Positions 26,483 to 39,126 of a DNA stretch of 64,000 nucleotides are shown here, one piece after another; position 1 is the first letter of the stretch, and the number at the start of each line of letters is the position of its first letter. The stretch comes from Felis catus (Eukaryota), in contig NC_058368.1 of NCBI RefSeq assembly GCF_018350175.1, forward strand, positions 204,044,001 to 204,108,000. The letters are read 5' to 3'. The position numbers and the translations under genes are program-made. The notes below the pieces were generated by a model that was given only the letters and a program-made list of their open reading frames with translations, made no database searches and had not been told where the DNA came from.

Positions 26483-27244
26483 TTACTTGATGGGCCAAAA
26501 TGTACAGAGACCCCAACATCACCTCCAAATCTGCACACTTTGTTCTTGGCACCTCTGCTTTTCCTGGTACTATCTGATCTCTACAGGCGGGACTAGAACT
26601 AGTCCAGATATATGATCAATCTACAAATATTGAAGTTGGAGGTTTAATATCTCAGTATACACAAATGATAACTCCTCTCAAAAAATAAGTGTAACCTTAG
26701 AACCTGACTCTTCCATATGTTTTAAGTACAAAGAATTTCCAACAACATTAATAAATAAGATCACCTTACATTTAATAAGCATTATGTTCTCTCATGATAC
26801 TTTCTGATAAATCTTGAATCTTTAAAAACTTATGTAAGTCAGCCTGGAATTAAACACTTGCCATGAAAAATCAACATTATTCCATCAAAAGCTGACTTCA
26901 CATTCAACTTTAACCTCTATGTTCAAAGCTGGAGAAATAAAATAGTGTCACGGACAGGAGTTAACAGCCTACAGTCTTTCAGAAAATGATATGAAGCATT
27001 ACTCTGCATCCCAGAAGAAATGTGATAGCAACATGCTGGAGTGTTTCAAAGACAGAGTGATACACAAATCAGAGCTCCACACTTTTATTAAGGCAAAAGA
27101 AACTGAAGCATCAAGCAATTTCTTTCAACCACAACCATAATGGGATCTTTGGAGTCATTTAATCCAGCCCCTTGCCCACAGTATTGATCTCTGTCTCCTC
27201 AGCACTGGGCACAGTGCTTGACACACAGGAAGGGCTCGATAAAA

Positions 27245-27303
27245 AGTGAGTGAGTGAGTGAGTGAGTGAGTGAGTGAGTGAGTGAGTGAATGAGTGAATG
27301 AAT
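27245..27303 (+). repeat. (GAGT)n/(GAAT)n microsatellite, probably an expanded L2 3' tail
   Basis: Preceded by gcacagtgcttgacaca..gctcgataaa, an L2 terminus-like sequence. Confidence 0.85.
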
Positions 27304-27435
27304 CCAGTGAAGAAATGCATTTGATAGTAGTTCTTGGCAGGGATCTATCCGACTTCAGTTTAAACACTTTCAGTAACCAGAAACTTACTCCTTCCTAAGG
27401 TCTATTCCATTACTAGACAATCTCAAAAATTATAT

Positions 27436-27436
<1 letters not shown>

Positions 27437-27487
<51 letters not shown>
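27437..27487 (+). repeat. (CA)n microsatellite, ~25 copies
   Basis: Read directly. Confidence 0.95.
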
Positions 27488-27488
<1 letters not shown>

Positions 27489-28062
27489 TCATATTCAACC
27501 GAAGGGAACCCCTATCTCATTGCTTTCCAAGGTCTGTAGTTTTGCTCTGGAGCCATAATGAGTTTATTCTCTCTTTCATATGTGGATTCCTTTCAGCTAT
27601 CCTACGATGCTTACTAAGCAAAACATCCTCAATTCTTTCAATTACTCAATGCTGACAGATCCGCTGCTGTCTGAGTCCCATTTCCACAATGCAATATCCA
27701 GCTCAAATCTCAGTCCCCCAAAGTGAATACAGTATGCTGGATGCAATCTAGATGCATAAGGCACAGCAAGAAAATCCCATCCTTAGACCTTTCATTGACA
27801 ATGATGCCTAAGTCGGCCTTAGCTTTTAGGGCTGCCACAATACACTGCTGGCTCACACAAAAATCATGTCATTTAAGACACAGAAACTGCTGCCAAGTCA
27901 GGTGTCCCCACTGTTAATAGAGGTCCTGCTGGGAACAGATCAAAGCAGCACAGGAATTGACCCCTCCCAAAAACACAGACCTGGAAAGGGCTTTAAAATG
28001 GCCATTTAACTGCCCAAATAGATGATAAGGGATTTTCCCACATCTTTAAAAGTGATAATGAA

Positions 28063-28283
28063 GGCGTGCCTGGGTGGCTCAGTCGGTTGAGCGTCCGACT
28101 TCGGCTCGGGTCATGATCTCACGGTTTGTGGGTTCAAGCCCCGCGTCAGGCTCTGTGCTGACAGCTCAGAGCCTGGACCCTGCTTCAGATTCTGTGTCTC
28201 CCTCTCTCTCTGCTCCCCACCCCCCAACTCACACTCTGTCTCTCTCTCCTTCAAAAGTAAATAAACATTTAAAAAAAATTTTT
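28063..28283 (+). mobile_element. Can-SINE (SINEC_Fc-like)
   Basis: TSD aaagtgataatgaag at 28049-28063 and 28284-28298. Confidence 0.95.
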
Positions 28284-28560
28284 AAAGTGATAATGAAGAG
28301 TCTGAATTACTGGGGGATCTTGTAGTTGGGGGGGGGACATCAAGTGACAGGTACTCTCTCTTATCAAATTTATTTTTAATCTTAGTTTGGAGATCACCGA
28401 ATGCCCCTAAATAATAATTTATGTTTATTAAAAAAACAGAAACCCCAGGCTAAAAGGAAACAAAACAGTTACCCCTATGCAGTTATACAACAGATAATCA
28501 TTTTATTTCTCCTCTTTTTTCAATATATTTTCCCGATTTTCTATGAGAATGTACACTTTT

Positions 28561-28682
28561 GTGGGAGAATCAAACCATGTGATTAAGGGGCTTTGGGGAA
28601 ACCCCGAAGGGCTAGGAGGACAGTGAGATCAGTGACCTTGGCCCAGCCGGGATCTTCCCAGCTTCACAGTCGCTGAAAGGAG
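28561..28682. other. Unidentified 122-bp insertion flanked by a 16-bp direct repeat
   Basis: gagaatgtacactttt at 28545-28560 and 28683-28698; insert ~56% GC by hand count, in AT-rich flanks. Confidence 0.75.
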
Positions 28683-28839
28683 GAGAATGTACACTTTTTA
28701 TGGTGGGAAAAATTTTCATTTAAAATAACTTAATACTTCATGCTATTATATTGTAACACCATTTACAAATGATTTCTCATATATTATTCCATTCTATCCC
28801 TAATCATCTTTAAAATTCTCCATCCAGAATTAGAACACT

Positions 28840-29061
28840 GGGGCGCCTGAATGGCTCAGTCAGTTGAGTGCCCAACTCTTGATTTTGGCTCAGATCAGGA
28901 TACCAGGGTCGTGAGATCGACCACCGCATCGGGGTGCACGCTGAGTGTGGAACCTGCTGAAGATTCTCTCTCTCTCTCCCCCCACCCCCACTCACCCCCA
29001 ACTCATGTACTCACTCTCTCTCTCTCTCTCTCTAAAATAAAAGAATTAAAATAAAACAAAA
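28840..29061 (+). mobile_element. Can-SINE
   Basis: TSD agaattagaac on both sides. Confidence 0.93.
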
Positions 29062-29964
29062 AGAATTAGAACGTAAGAGCAAGTGATTCAAACCCAGTCC
29101 TTCGTTAAATAAGCAGAGCTTCAGAGCTTTACCCATACACCTAACAGAAAGAAGCAAGAATGTAGTAAGGGGGGCTGCTGGTATATATTCTGGCACAATG
29201 GCCAATGCTGGCTCTTCCTGATGTGCTATGCAGTTTGTATAACTTTTTTAGTAAATAGTTACAGCTGGGATTCAAACTCCGGTCTTTCTGCCTCAAGAGT
29301 CTGAACTTTTAGCTCTATACATTATAGTAGTATAAGGGAGATATATATTTGAGAGGTATTTTGTTTAGTTGACAGCTCAGGTTTTACTAGTTATGTTGCT
29401 GCTAGGCAGGTTACTTAAGGACTCTCACTGTCTCAGTTTTCCCAGAGTAGTAACCGGCTGTTACTATCAGCCCATATCCTGCCAAGGGCTATATAAAACT
29501 GTGTAGAAACGGTTTGAGAAATACTTATTATTCTCTGCTTGGATGGGTAAAAAAAGGAGTTCCAAAAATCCAATTCGCAGTGTTCTTTGAGAATAATTGA
29601 GAGCCCAGAAAGTTTCAACAGTGCTACAAGCTATAAAATAGAAAAGAAAAAAAAAAATTAAATATCTGCATGAACAGACACAGAAGAAAAATATGTCTCA
29701 GAAGAAAAATATGTCTCATCTATTTCAACTACTTCATCACCTTTCCCCTCAGTGGGCTAGCTGTAGTTTTGTTCTAGCAAAAATAAAATTAAGGGCAGTC
29801 ATTGTTTCACTCCAGTCATTAGTTCACTCCAGACCATGCTCACCACCTCATAGGGTTTTAAGTTCTTCCACCACAAATTCTCCTGTCGTTTTGGGGACTG
29901 TAACAGTTCAACACCTAAGAAAAAATTTTAAATGTTCTCTAAAAACAAGATTGCTTTCTTTTTA

Positions 29965-30205
29965 GGTTCAAAAAATGTTTATTTATTGAAAGAGAGAGAG
30001 AGAGAGAGGGAGAGGGAGGGAGTGCATGGGCAGGGGAGGGGCAGAGAGAGAGGGAGAGAGACTCCCACACAGGCTCAATGTGGAGCACTCTGTGGGCTCC
30101 CACACAGAGCCCAATGGGGAGCACGGAGTCCCACATGACCCCATGAAGTCACTACATGAGCCTAATTCAAGAGTCAGACACTGAACTAAGTCACCCAGGT
30201 GCCCC
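29965..30205 (-). mobile_element. Can-SINE with rearranged interior (sense to NNT)
   Basis: TSD attgctttcttttta at 29950-29964 and 30207-30221. Confidence 0.9.
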
Positions 30206-30607
30206 AATTGCTTTCTTTTTAAACTAGACATTGCTATCTTAATGTCATAGTCTGTATCAAACCAAAGTTTTCAATCACTCCTGAAAACAAAAGAAATAAG
30301 GCAAAATACTGACAATTTAGGCTCCCACTCTTCATGTGGTAATGCAAGCTGTCTTCAGCACTGCAGCTGTTTTCAAATTGCCTCAGAGAAAACACTTCTG
30401 CAGGGGTAAGTGGACTCTCTGGTTAAGGTAACTTCTTTAAGATTTTAGTGTTTTTTTATAGTGGCAATAACATAAAACATTTGAAAAAAAAAATCTCCAG
30501 GAACCAAAGGATATGCTCAATAAATCAGACTTATTATTGAGACTTACTAAGACTCAAATATGAACATAAATATCATTTTAGTACTTTAGTAACAATATAG
30601 TATTTTA

Positions 30608-30695
30608 GGGGTGGCTGGTTGGCTCAGTTAGTAGAGCATGTAATCTTAATCTCAGGGTCATGAGTTTGAGCTGCATGTTGGGTGTGGAGCCCCCC
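30608..30695 (+). mobile_element. Short Can-SINE (tRNA-like head only)
   Basis: ggggtggctggttggctcagttagtagagcatg..gagtttgagc..gttgggtgtggag. Confidence 0.85.
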
Positions 30696-30997
30696 AGGGG
30701 AGGGGAGGGGAGGAAGAGAAAGAAAAGAAAAGAAAAGAAAAGAAAAGAAAAGAAAAGAAAAGAAAAGAAAAGAAAAGAAAAGAAAAGAAAAGAAAAGAAA
30801 AGAAAAGAAAAGAAAAGAAAAGAAAAGAAAAGAAAAGAAAGAAAAGAAGAGAAAAGAAAGAAAAGAAGAGAAAAGAAGAGAAAAGAAGAGAAGAGAAGAG
30901 AAGAGAAGAGAAGAGAAGAGAAAAGAAAAGAAAAGAAAAGAAAAGAAAAGAAAAGAAAAGAAAAGAAAAGAAAAGAAAAGAAAAGAAAAGAAAAGGG
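30696..30997 (+). repeat. ~300-bp pure purine tract, (GAAAA)n with central GAAGA variants
   Basis: Read directly; occupies the tail position of the preceding SINE. Confidence 0.96.
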
Positions 30998-30999
30998 TA

Positions 31000-31535
31000 T
31001 AGCCTTTTCCAGCTTCTGGAGGCTGTTCCCATTCCCTGGCTTATCACTCCATCCCTCTGACTTCTGCTTCCATTATAACATCTCCTTCCCTGACTCTGAC
31101 CCTCTTCTCTCTTATGACAACCCTAATGATCACATGGGCCCACGTGAATAATCCAAGATAGTCTCCCCATCTTAAAATCCTTGCCTTAAATCTACAAAGT
31201 CCCTTTTGCCACGTGAAGTAACATGTTCACAGGTTTGGGGGATTAAAGTGGACATCTTTGGGGATGACTGGGAGGCTCAGTTCGTTGAGTGTCTGACTTC
31301 AGCTCAGGTCATGATCTCACAGTTCGTGAGTTCAAGTCCCACAACTGGCTCTCTGCTGTCATCATGGAGCCTGCTTCAGATCCTCTGTACCCCTCTCTCC
31401 CTGCCCCTCCCCCACTCATATTTTCTCTCTCTCTGTCTCTCTCTCAAAAATAAATAAACATTTTTTAAAAAACTTAAAACAATAAAAAAAAGAAAAACAA
31501 GTGGACATCTTTAGGGCCTTTATTCAGCCTACCAC
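31000..31535. mobile_element. MaLR LTR fragment (MLT1-like) interrupted by a SINE
   Basis: ccagcttctggaggctg..ataatccaagata..ctccccatcttaaaatcctt..gtggacatcttt..tattcagcctaccaca. Confidence 0.7.
31260..31498 (+). mobile_element. Can-SINE inserted into the MLT1 fragment
   Basis: TSD aagtggacatcttt at 31246-31259 and 31499-31512. Confidence 0.94.
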
Positions 31536-32415
31536 AAACTTCCTTTCTAGTCCTAAAATTCCAGGAACTAGGGTTTCTATTTTAGCTGAAAAGTCAATAT
31601 ATACAGTATGTAAATTACTTTTGGATTTCAATTCTGTATCCTTCCTTTATTCTAGTAATTTTATTGTTTTTAATAAAACAATAGTAATTAATTTGTTTTT
31701 AATACTGCCCTTGCTTATCTTTAAATTAATCCATCTAGCTATCATCTTTATGCTTTAACTGACATGTCTTGGGCCAGATTAGAAATCAAAGACCTCTAAA
31801 TGTATTTGTTGTTACTGTAATTTTTAATTAGCTACAGACTACATAAAGACATTATTTCTGTTGAGCTAGTTGTGAAGGGTAAACAATCACAAAGCTAATC
31901 AATATGTTATGCTAAATATCCCAAATGATAGACCATTTTATATCTGTTAGCATAATAATTTATTATACCAAACCTTAAGACTCTAAGGTTGGAGAAAAAC
32001 ACATGCAAGGCTCTAACAAGAAAATGCCAGTGTTTTGAGAGAAATAACAGAACACGCTAAATTTTTAGAAATATATATGTGCACACTGATAAGCCAATGT
32101 GAGTTTATAACAATTCTGGCCCATATAACTGACTAATCTCCAAAGTCAGTATTAAAGTTAATTATACCAGACAATGGTTTGGCCATAACCAGCAACTTCC
32201 GGGAACTGATGGACAATGCTCATTAATGTTCCATCATCATACAAAGAATATCCAGAATTTCAAAATGCAAAGCCTACTAGCCTTTTAGTTCTTTCCTCTG
32301 AGCCATGAAAATTATCTTTATTATACACATGCTTAAAGTAGAATTAGCTGTGCCTGTCTACAAGATTCTACAGAAGGAAAATAAATACTACGATGAGATC
32401 ACAAAGATCTGCCAA

Positions 32416-32632
32416 GGTGCCTCAGTGGCTCAGTTGGTTAAGCATTTGACTCTTGATTTCAGCTTGGGTCATAACCTTGTGGTTCGTGGGTTCAAGCCCC
32501 GTGTCGGGCTCTGCGCTGGCAGTGTGAAGTCTGCTTGGGATTCTCTCTCTGACTCTCTCTCTCCCTCTCCTCTGCTCCCTCTCTCTGTCTCTAACTAAAT
32601 AAACATTAAAAAAAAAAAAAAAAAAAAAAAAA
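32416..32632 (+). mobile_element. Can-SINE
   Basis: gtggctcagttggttaagc head, CT tract, long poly(A). Confidence 0.92.
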
Positions 32633-34472
32633 GATATTCCACGTTCCCAGAACTTTTTCTTTATGCATCTCCTCCTTACGATGCACTGCATCATAGTAAC
32701 TGGTTGACATGACTGTGCCCTCCAAACTGGGCACAACATGAGCACAGGAACCAGGTCTTATCTGTCAGTTCCCACAGCACCTGGCACTCCTTATAGGGAT
32801 TCCAAGAGAGGGAGGGAAGGAAAGGGTTTTAAGAAACACAGTGTGCCCAGTAAGGTACACGGACTCATACATTTTTATGTCTCTTTTTAGAGAAAGAATT
32901 TAGGAAGTGGCAAGAAACAGCAGTTAAAAGCTGTAGAGTGCCACTGCCTGGATTCACAGCATTTGGGCAGTTTGGTCTGTATGCCTCACGCCTCCTCTGT
33001 GTGCAATGGGATTGATAATAAAACCTCTTCAGAGGAGTATTGTGAGATTTAAGTGAGATAGTTCACATAAAGAGTTTTTTATACAAAGTATTTTAGACCA
33101 ATGCCAAGCACAATAAGCCTTTAATAAATTAAGCTGCAATTATAAAATTCTATTCCAATACATTTCTGTAATATAAATGCTCTCTGTATTTTTCACACAA
33201 ATACATTTTAATGATCACTTATATAAAAATTAATACACATTTTTTTTTCATTAAAACAAATGTTAGTTTGATGTCAACATGTTTTGGTTGGCTAATTTTT
33301 ACCTTGAAATTCTAGTAAATATCAATATAGTCCAATAAAAGCCAGAAGTTCTTTGTATTCACAACTACATCAAAAGACTAGAGAAATTATGTAGTCAAAA
33401 TAGACGAAGGCTAGTAATTGTGAATACTGCACTCACTGGGAACTTGGTCATAACTAATATTCAAATACATACTTATTTGATAAAGTCAAATTTTAAAAGG
33501 CTATACATAATCCTTCCACCGATACTATTAGGCAATAAAGCATTGTTTCCTCAACTGACAGATACAACAAATGTTATTAAGTCAGGATAATCTCTTCGAT
33601 TATCTTGAAGCAAGAAAAATTTGAACATTTCTTGCTGTTTTCCTCTCTCAAATATGAAAATGATAGCCTTTTGCAAAACATTATAGAATAAAAACTAAGG
33701 CCTCGGTCCCTGATTAAAGACAGACCCAGGCACAGTTCAAAACCAGTGAAATGATCTACTCAAATAAATCAACCTGATCTTCAGAGCCTTTTAAACTAAC
33801 CAAGAAAGAATAAAAACAAGTAAGAGGGTATACAAGGGCTATTTGTAAATATTGCGTGACCTGGATAGAACTTGGTAAAGATGCAATTCAAAAGACACCC
33901 TATTTCTTAAACCTTTTTTATAGTACATGATGATATAAAGCCTATTCTTACACTTTTCACAACTTCACGTTAGATTTTAGACACCACATGTTCCAAAGGG
34001 GACACAACAATGTTTACTCCCATGATTGTGGGTCATGGAGACAATATGTCCTGACCAGGGTGCGTTACAGCAGTTGGTTCTTGGACATGTGGGACTAGTA
34101 AAGAGTATAAAACATTCACCACATGGATCTTACCACAACCGTTCAAATTAACTACATTTTCCTTCTTGCATTATGAAAATATCCAGATTTAGTTCAGCAA
34201 TAAAACATGAAGAAGAGTCAAGTATCCCAATTCAACAATAAGACAAAGAAACTACAGAGACAACTGGGCCTCATCCTACAGTATTGAGTGTTTTCCCCAT
34301 TTTACAACCTCTTACTATTTATTATAAATATTGCAAAATCTCTTCAGATTTAAAAAAAAATCTTTTTACAACCTGCAACAATTTGGTTATACATTTTGCC
34401 AGTCACTGTGCAAAATGTTTTCATACTCAAGATGTTCAAATGGCTAATTTCCTTTCTTTCATTGTGTTTTAT

Positions 34473-35913
34473 TATTTAATATAATTTATTGTCAAATTGG
34501 CTAACATACAGTATGTACAGTGTGCTCTTGGTTTTGGCGGTAGATTCCCGTGGTTCATCACTTACATACAACACCCAGTGCTCATCCCAACAAGTGCCCT
34601 CCTCAATGCCTAGTACCTATTTTAGCCTCTCCCCCACACCCCATCAACTCTCAATTTGTTCTATGTATTTAAGATTCTCTTCTGGTTTGCCTCCCTCCCT
34701 CTCTATTTTTTCCCCTTTCTTTCCCCCATGACCTTGTTAAGTTTCTCAAGTTACACATGAGTGAAAACATATGATATCTTTCACTGACTTATTTCACTTA
34801 GCATAATACCTCCCAGCTCCATCCACGTTGCTGCAAATAGCATGATTTCACTCTTTCTCATTGGCAAGTAGTATTCCATTGCATATATAAACCACATCTT
34901 CTTTAACCATTCATCAGTTGATGGATATTTAGGCTCTTTCCATAATTTGGCTATTGTTGAGAGCGCACTGGGGTACATGTGCCCTTATGCATCAGCACTC
35001 CTGTATCTTTTGGATAAATTCCTAGTAGTGCTATTACTGGGTTGTAGGGTAGTTCTATTTTTAATTTTTTGAGGAACCTCCACACTGGCTTCCAGAGCAG
35101 CTGTACCAGTCTGTATTCCCACCAACAGTGCAGGGGGGTTCCCATTTTTCCACATCCTCGCCAGCATCTGTAGTTTCCTGATTTGTTCATTTTGGCCACT
35201 CTGACTGGCGTGAGGTGATATCTGAGTGTAGTTTTGATTTGTATTTCCCTGATGATGAGTGATGTTGAACATCTTTTCATGTGTCTGTTTGCCATCCGGA
35301 CGTCTTCTCTGGAAAAGTGTCTATTCGTGTCTTCTGCCCAATTCTTCACTGGATTATTTGTTTTTTGGGTTTGAGTTTGGTACGTTCTTTATGGATTTTG
35401 GATACTAACCCTTTATCTGATATGTCATTTGCAAATACTTTTCCCATTCCGTCGGCTGCCTTTTAGTTTTGTTGATTGTTTCCTTTGCAGTGCAGAAACT
35501 TTTTATCTTGATGAGGTCCCAATAGTTCATTTTTGCTTTTAATTCCCTTGCCTTTGGAGATGTGTCGAGCAAAAAATTGCTATAACTGGGGTCAAAGAGG
35601 TTGTTGCCTGTTTCTCTAGGGTTTTGATGGCTTCCTGCCTCACATTTAGGTTTTTCATCCATTTTGAGTTTGTTTTTGTGTGGTGTAAGAAAGTGTCCTA
35701 GTTTCAGTCTTTTACATGTTGCTGTCCAGTTCTCCCAGCACCATTTGCTAAAGAGACTGTCTTTTTTTCCATTGGATACTCTTTCCTGCGTTGTCAAAGA
35801 TTAGTTGGCCATACATTTGTCGGTCCAATTCTGGGTTCTCTATTCTATTCCATTTGTCTATGTGTCTGTTTTTGTGCCAATACTACACTGTCTTGATGAT
35901 TACAGCTTTGTAG
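34473..35913 (-). mobile_element. 5'-truncated carnivore L1, sense to NNT, in intron 19
   Basis: ORF2 C-terminal peptides (34951-35349, 35405-35797); TSD ttcttt(c/t)a(t/c)tgtgttttat at 34454-34472 and 35914-35932; closely similar to the L1 at 1955-3570. Confidence 0.95.
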
Positions 35914-36759
35914 TTCTTTTACTGTGTTTTATATTTTTAAATTACATAGACTGCATTTGGGAATTCTGCCTTCCCAATACCATCATCCCACAATTTTCCT
36001 AAATATGTTATTCTAAGCTCCTAGGAAGTTCGCAAATTAATGAGAAAAAGACATAACATGGGGAAATTTTTTTAAAGTTTCATTTGTTGAAAGCCTATTT
36101 CTTCTTTTTTAGCCATAAATATTTATAAATCAATAAAACCTTTCGAGTTAAAATAGAGGGCTGGGGAGCAGGCTGTGGATGGCTGTCGCCTGCTAGTCAG
36201 CACTGGGGCCAGGCTGTGGGACAAGCTGTGGGCCTCACCCCTCTGTCCTGAGGCCACTTCTCCCTCTTGGGGTTGCAGGTGAGACGGAGTCACAATTTCC
36301 ACACTCAGAACCAATTGTTGGGAGTCAGTTCACCATTTTTTTTTCCTCATTCCCCTACCTTGGGATTTCTCAGGTATTTGTCATTTATCATCCAAAGATC
36401 TCCAGTAAAAGAATTTTTTCAAGGGCGCTAATGATGATGATATTTCTCAGGGAGAGCGCCATTCAACTCCCTGAACAAGAATGTCTTGGTCTGTTTAGGC
36501 TGCTATAACAAAATACTTTAAACCGGGTGGCTGAGTTCTGGAGGCTGAGAAATGTGGCATCAAGGTGCTGAGAGATTTCTGCAGCGGTCTGGAACTGAAC
36601 CTGTAATAATCTCTGAGCAAGGGAAGCCTTAAGGCAGTGGGATAAAATCTTCAAAGACTGGAGAGAAAAGAACTGTCATCATGGAATTTTAAGGTATACA
36701 AAATGAAAGAAAATCTACCATTAACCTCTCACTAAAGAACCTTTAAAAGATATGTTTCA

Positions 36760-36953
36760 GGGTGCCTGAGTGGCTCAGACAGTTAAGCTTCCGACTCTTG
36801 ATTTTGGCTCAGGTCATGATCTCACAGTTGAGATCAAGCTGCATGTTGGGCTCTGTGCTGACAGCATGGAGCCTGCTTGGGCCCCTTCCCCATGCTTGCT
36901 CTCTCTCTCAAAATGGATAAAAAAAAAAAAAAAAAAAAAACTTAAAAAAATTT
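36760..36953 (+). mobile_element. Can-SINE at the 5' junction of the inverted L1
   Basis: TSD aaagatatgtttca at 36746-36759 and 36954-36967. Confidence 0.94.
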
Positions 36954-36964
36954 AAAGATATGTT

Positions 36965-37808
36965 TCATATGGCCTCTCTGACTTATTTCACTTAGCATAG
37001 TACTCTCTAGCTCCATCCATGTTGTTGCAAATGGCAAGATTTCATTCTTTTTGATAGCTGAGTAGTATTCCGTTGTGTAAACATACCACATCTTCTTTAC
37101 CTATTCATCAGTCGATGGCCATTTGGACTGTTTCCGTAAGTTGGCTATTGTAGATAATGCTACAATGAGCACTGGGGTGCATATAAACCTCTGAGTTAGT
37201 ATTTTTGTGTTCTTTGGGTAAATGCCTAGTGGTGAAATTTCTGGACCATAGGGTAGTTCTACTTTTGACTTTTTGAGGAGACTCCCCTGTCTTCCAGAGT
37301 GGCTGCACTAGTGTTCATTCCCACCAACAGTATAAGGGGGATCTCCCCTTCTCCACATCCTCACCAACACCTGTTGTTTGTATTGTTGATTTTAGCCAAG
37401 CTGACAGGTGCGAGGTGGTATCTCATCATAATTTTGATTTGTATTTCCCTGATGATGAGTGATGTTGAGCATGCTTTCATGCATCTGTTGGCCATCCGTA
37501 TATCTTTGGAAAAATGTCTATTCATGTCTTCTGCCCATTCCTTAACCGGATCATTTCATTTTTTGGGGGGTGAACTTTATGATTTCTTTATATATTTTGG
37601 ATACTAACCAAAACGGTCTCTTAACTATAGGAAATTGATGGTTACCATAGGGGAGGCAGGTGGGGGGATGGGTTAAATAGGTGATGGGGCTTAAGGAGTA
37701 TCTTGTGATAAGCACCGGGTGTTGTATGGAATTGTACACCTGAAACTAATACAATACTGTGTTAACTGGAATTCAAATAACAACTTAAAAAAGAAATTTA
37801 AAAAAAAG
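36965..37808. mobile_element. 5'-inverted (twin-primed) L1: minus segment ~36965-37609, plus-strand 3' UTR and tail ~37610-37808
   Basis: Antisense ORF2 end switches at ~37609 to sense aaacggtctcttaact...cacctgaaactaat...A-rich tail. Confidence 0.85.
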
Positions 37809-38909
37809 CCTTAAAATAGACCTTACAGATTCTCTAATCCAACTACTTCCTCAGGCAGGCCTCCTTTATCTAGAATTACATCGAATACGTGTGCACTGTA
37901 CTGTGTCACAGAGCAGGCTGGGAGCTGCACTGCAGGTGCAACACACAGTCCCTGGTGGCAACATACACCTTAAGGACTTTTGTATTCTATGTTTGCACAT
38001 GGCAGTGCTCCATTCTGGGGAGGGTCCATGAAGGTAACAGAAGGATCTGTTACTACATTCAATTACTTTCATAATGTAATTGTGCATTTCACCTGTGAAA
38101 AATATGCTGGGATCTGAAAGGGCAGGTTTCTCTGGTTCATCACATTCTGATCAGAACTTCTGACTGACAGCTACAAGTCACTGACGAGAAGCACAAGGAA
38201 AAGTGGCATTTTTTGTTTGCCTGTTTGTTTTAAAAAGTAACTGCACTAAATGCAGTGGAGAATAAAACCTTCTAAAACATGAAGCGGGGTAAACGTAACA
38301 CACACCGTCCTTACTGGTGAAAAGGCTAGGACCAGCTGGGCAAGGTTAGCTTATCCATCTGAATAGAAGCAGAGTAATGAAGTGGGACAAAATCTTCCTT
38401 GCCACCCTCAAAAACGGACTGATGGGAAAAGCTGTGGAAGCAACTTTCTGGCAAGGCTTCTTAGGCCGAAGGATAGACACCCGCCTCTCGAAAATTGTGA
38501 AAGCCCTTCGAAGCAGTGCTTCAGACAAACTCACTTGTACAATTCTGAATGGAAAAAAAATGTTCATTTAATTTCCTAGAACTTTCCAATAGCCAGAACT
38601 AGAGAACATTATGTACCTTTCATTCTTTTTTTGAAGGCAAATAAGGGCTGAACTGCTACTCGGGTCTGAAATCTGGTGTTCATCTATGGCCTTCCCTTCT
38701 GGAGGAAAAAAAATTATGAATGTTAAAGAGCTTACAAAAATGTCTCAGGGGCACAATTTTTCCAAGACAGAATAACAGAACCTGTCCTATGACTGTGAAT
38801 GAGAAAATGTTTGACAGAAGGCTATGGTCACGTTTTCCATTTGTGCAAGTGCCCGGTGATGCTGAGGTCCAGCCAAAGAACGAGAAGTCATCTAAAGAGG
38901 ATCAGGTCA

Positions 38910-39086
38910 GGGGCGCCTGGATGGCTCAGTCGGTTAAGCGCCTGACTTCGGCTCAGGTCATGATCTCGTGGTTGATGGGTTCCAGCCCCGCATCAAGTTC
39001 TATGCTGACAGCTCAGAGCCTGGAGCCTGCTTCTCCAGGGAGGGATTCTGTGTCTCCCTCTCTTTCTTCTCCTTCCCGCTTGTACT

Positions 39087-39126
<40 letters not shown>

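Noticed and set aside
30658..31151. Lys/Arg/Glu-rich and Phe/Ser-rich ORFs up to 163 aa
   Set aside because: Translation of the stop-free (GAAAA)n microsatellite
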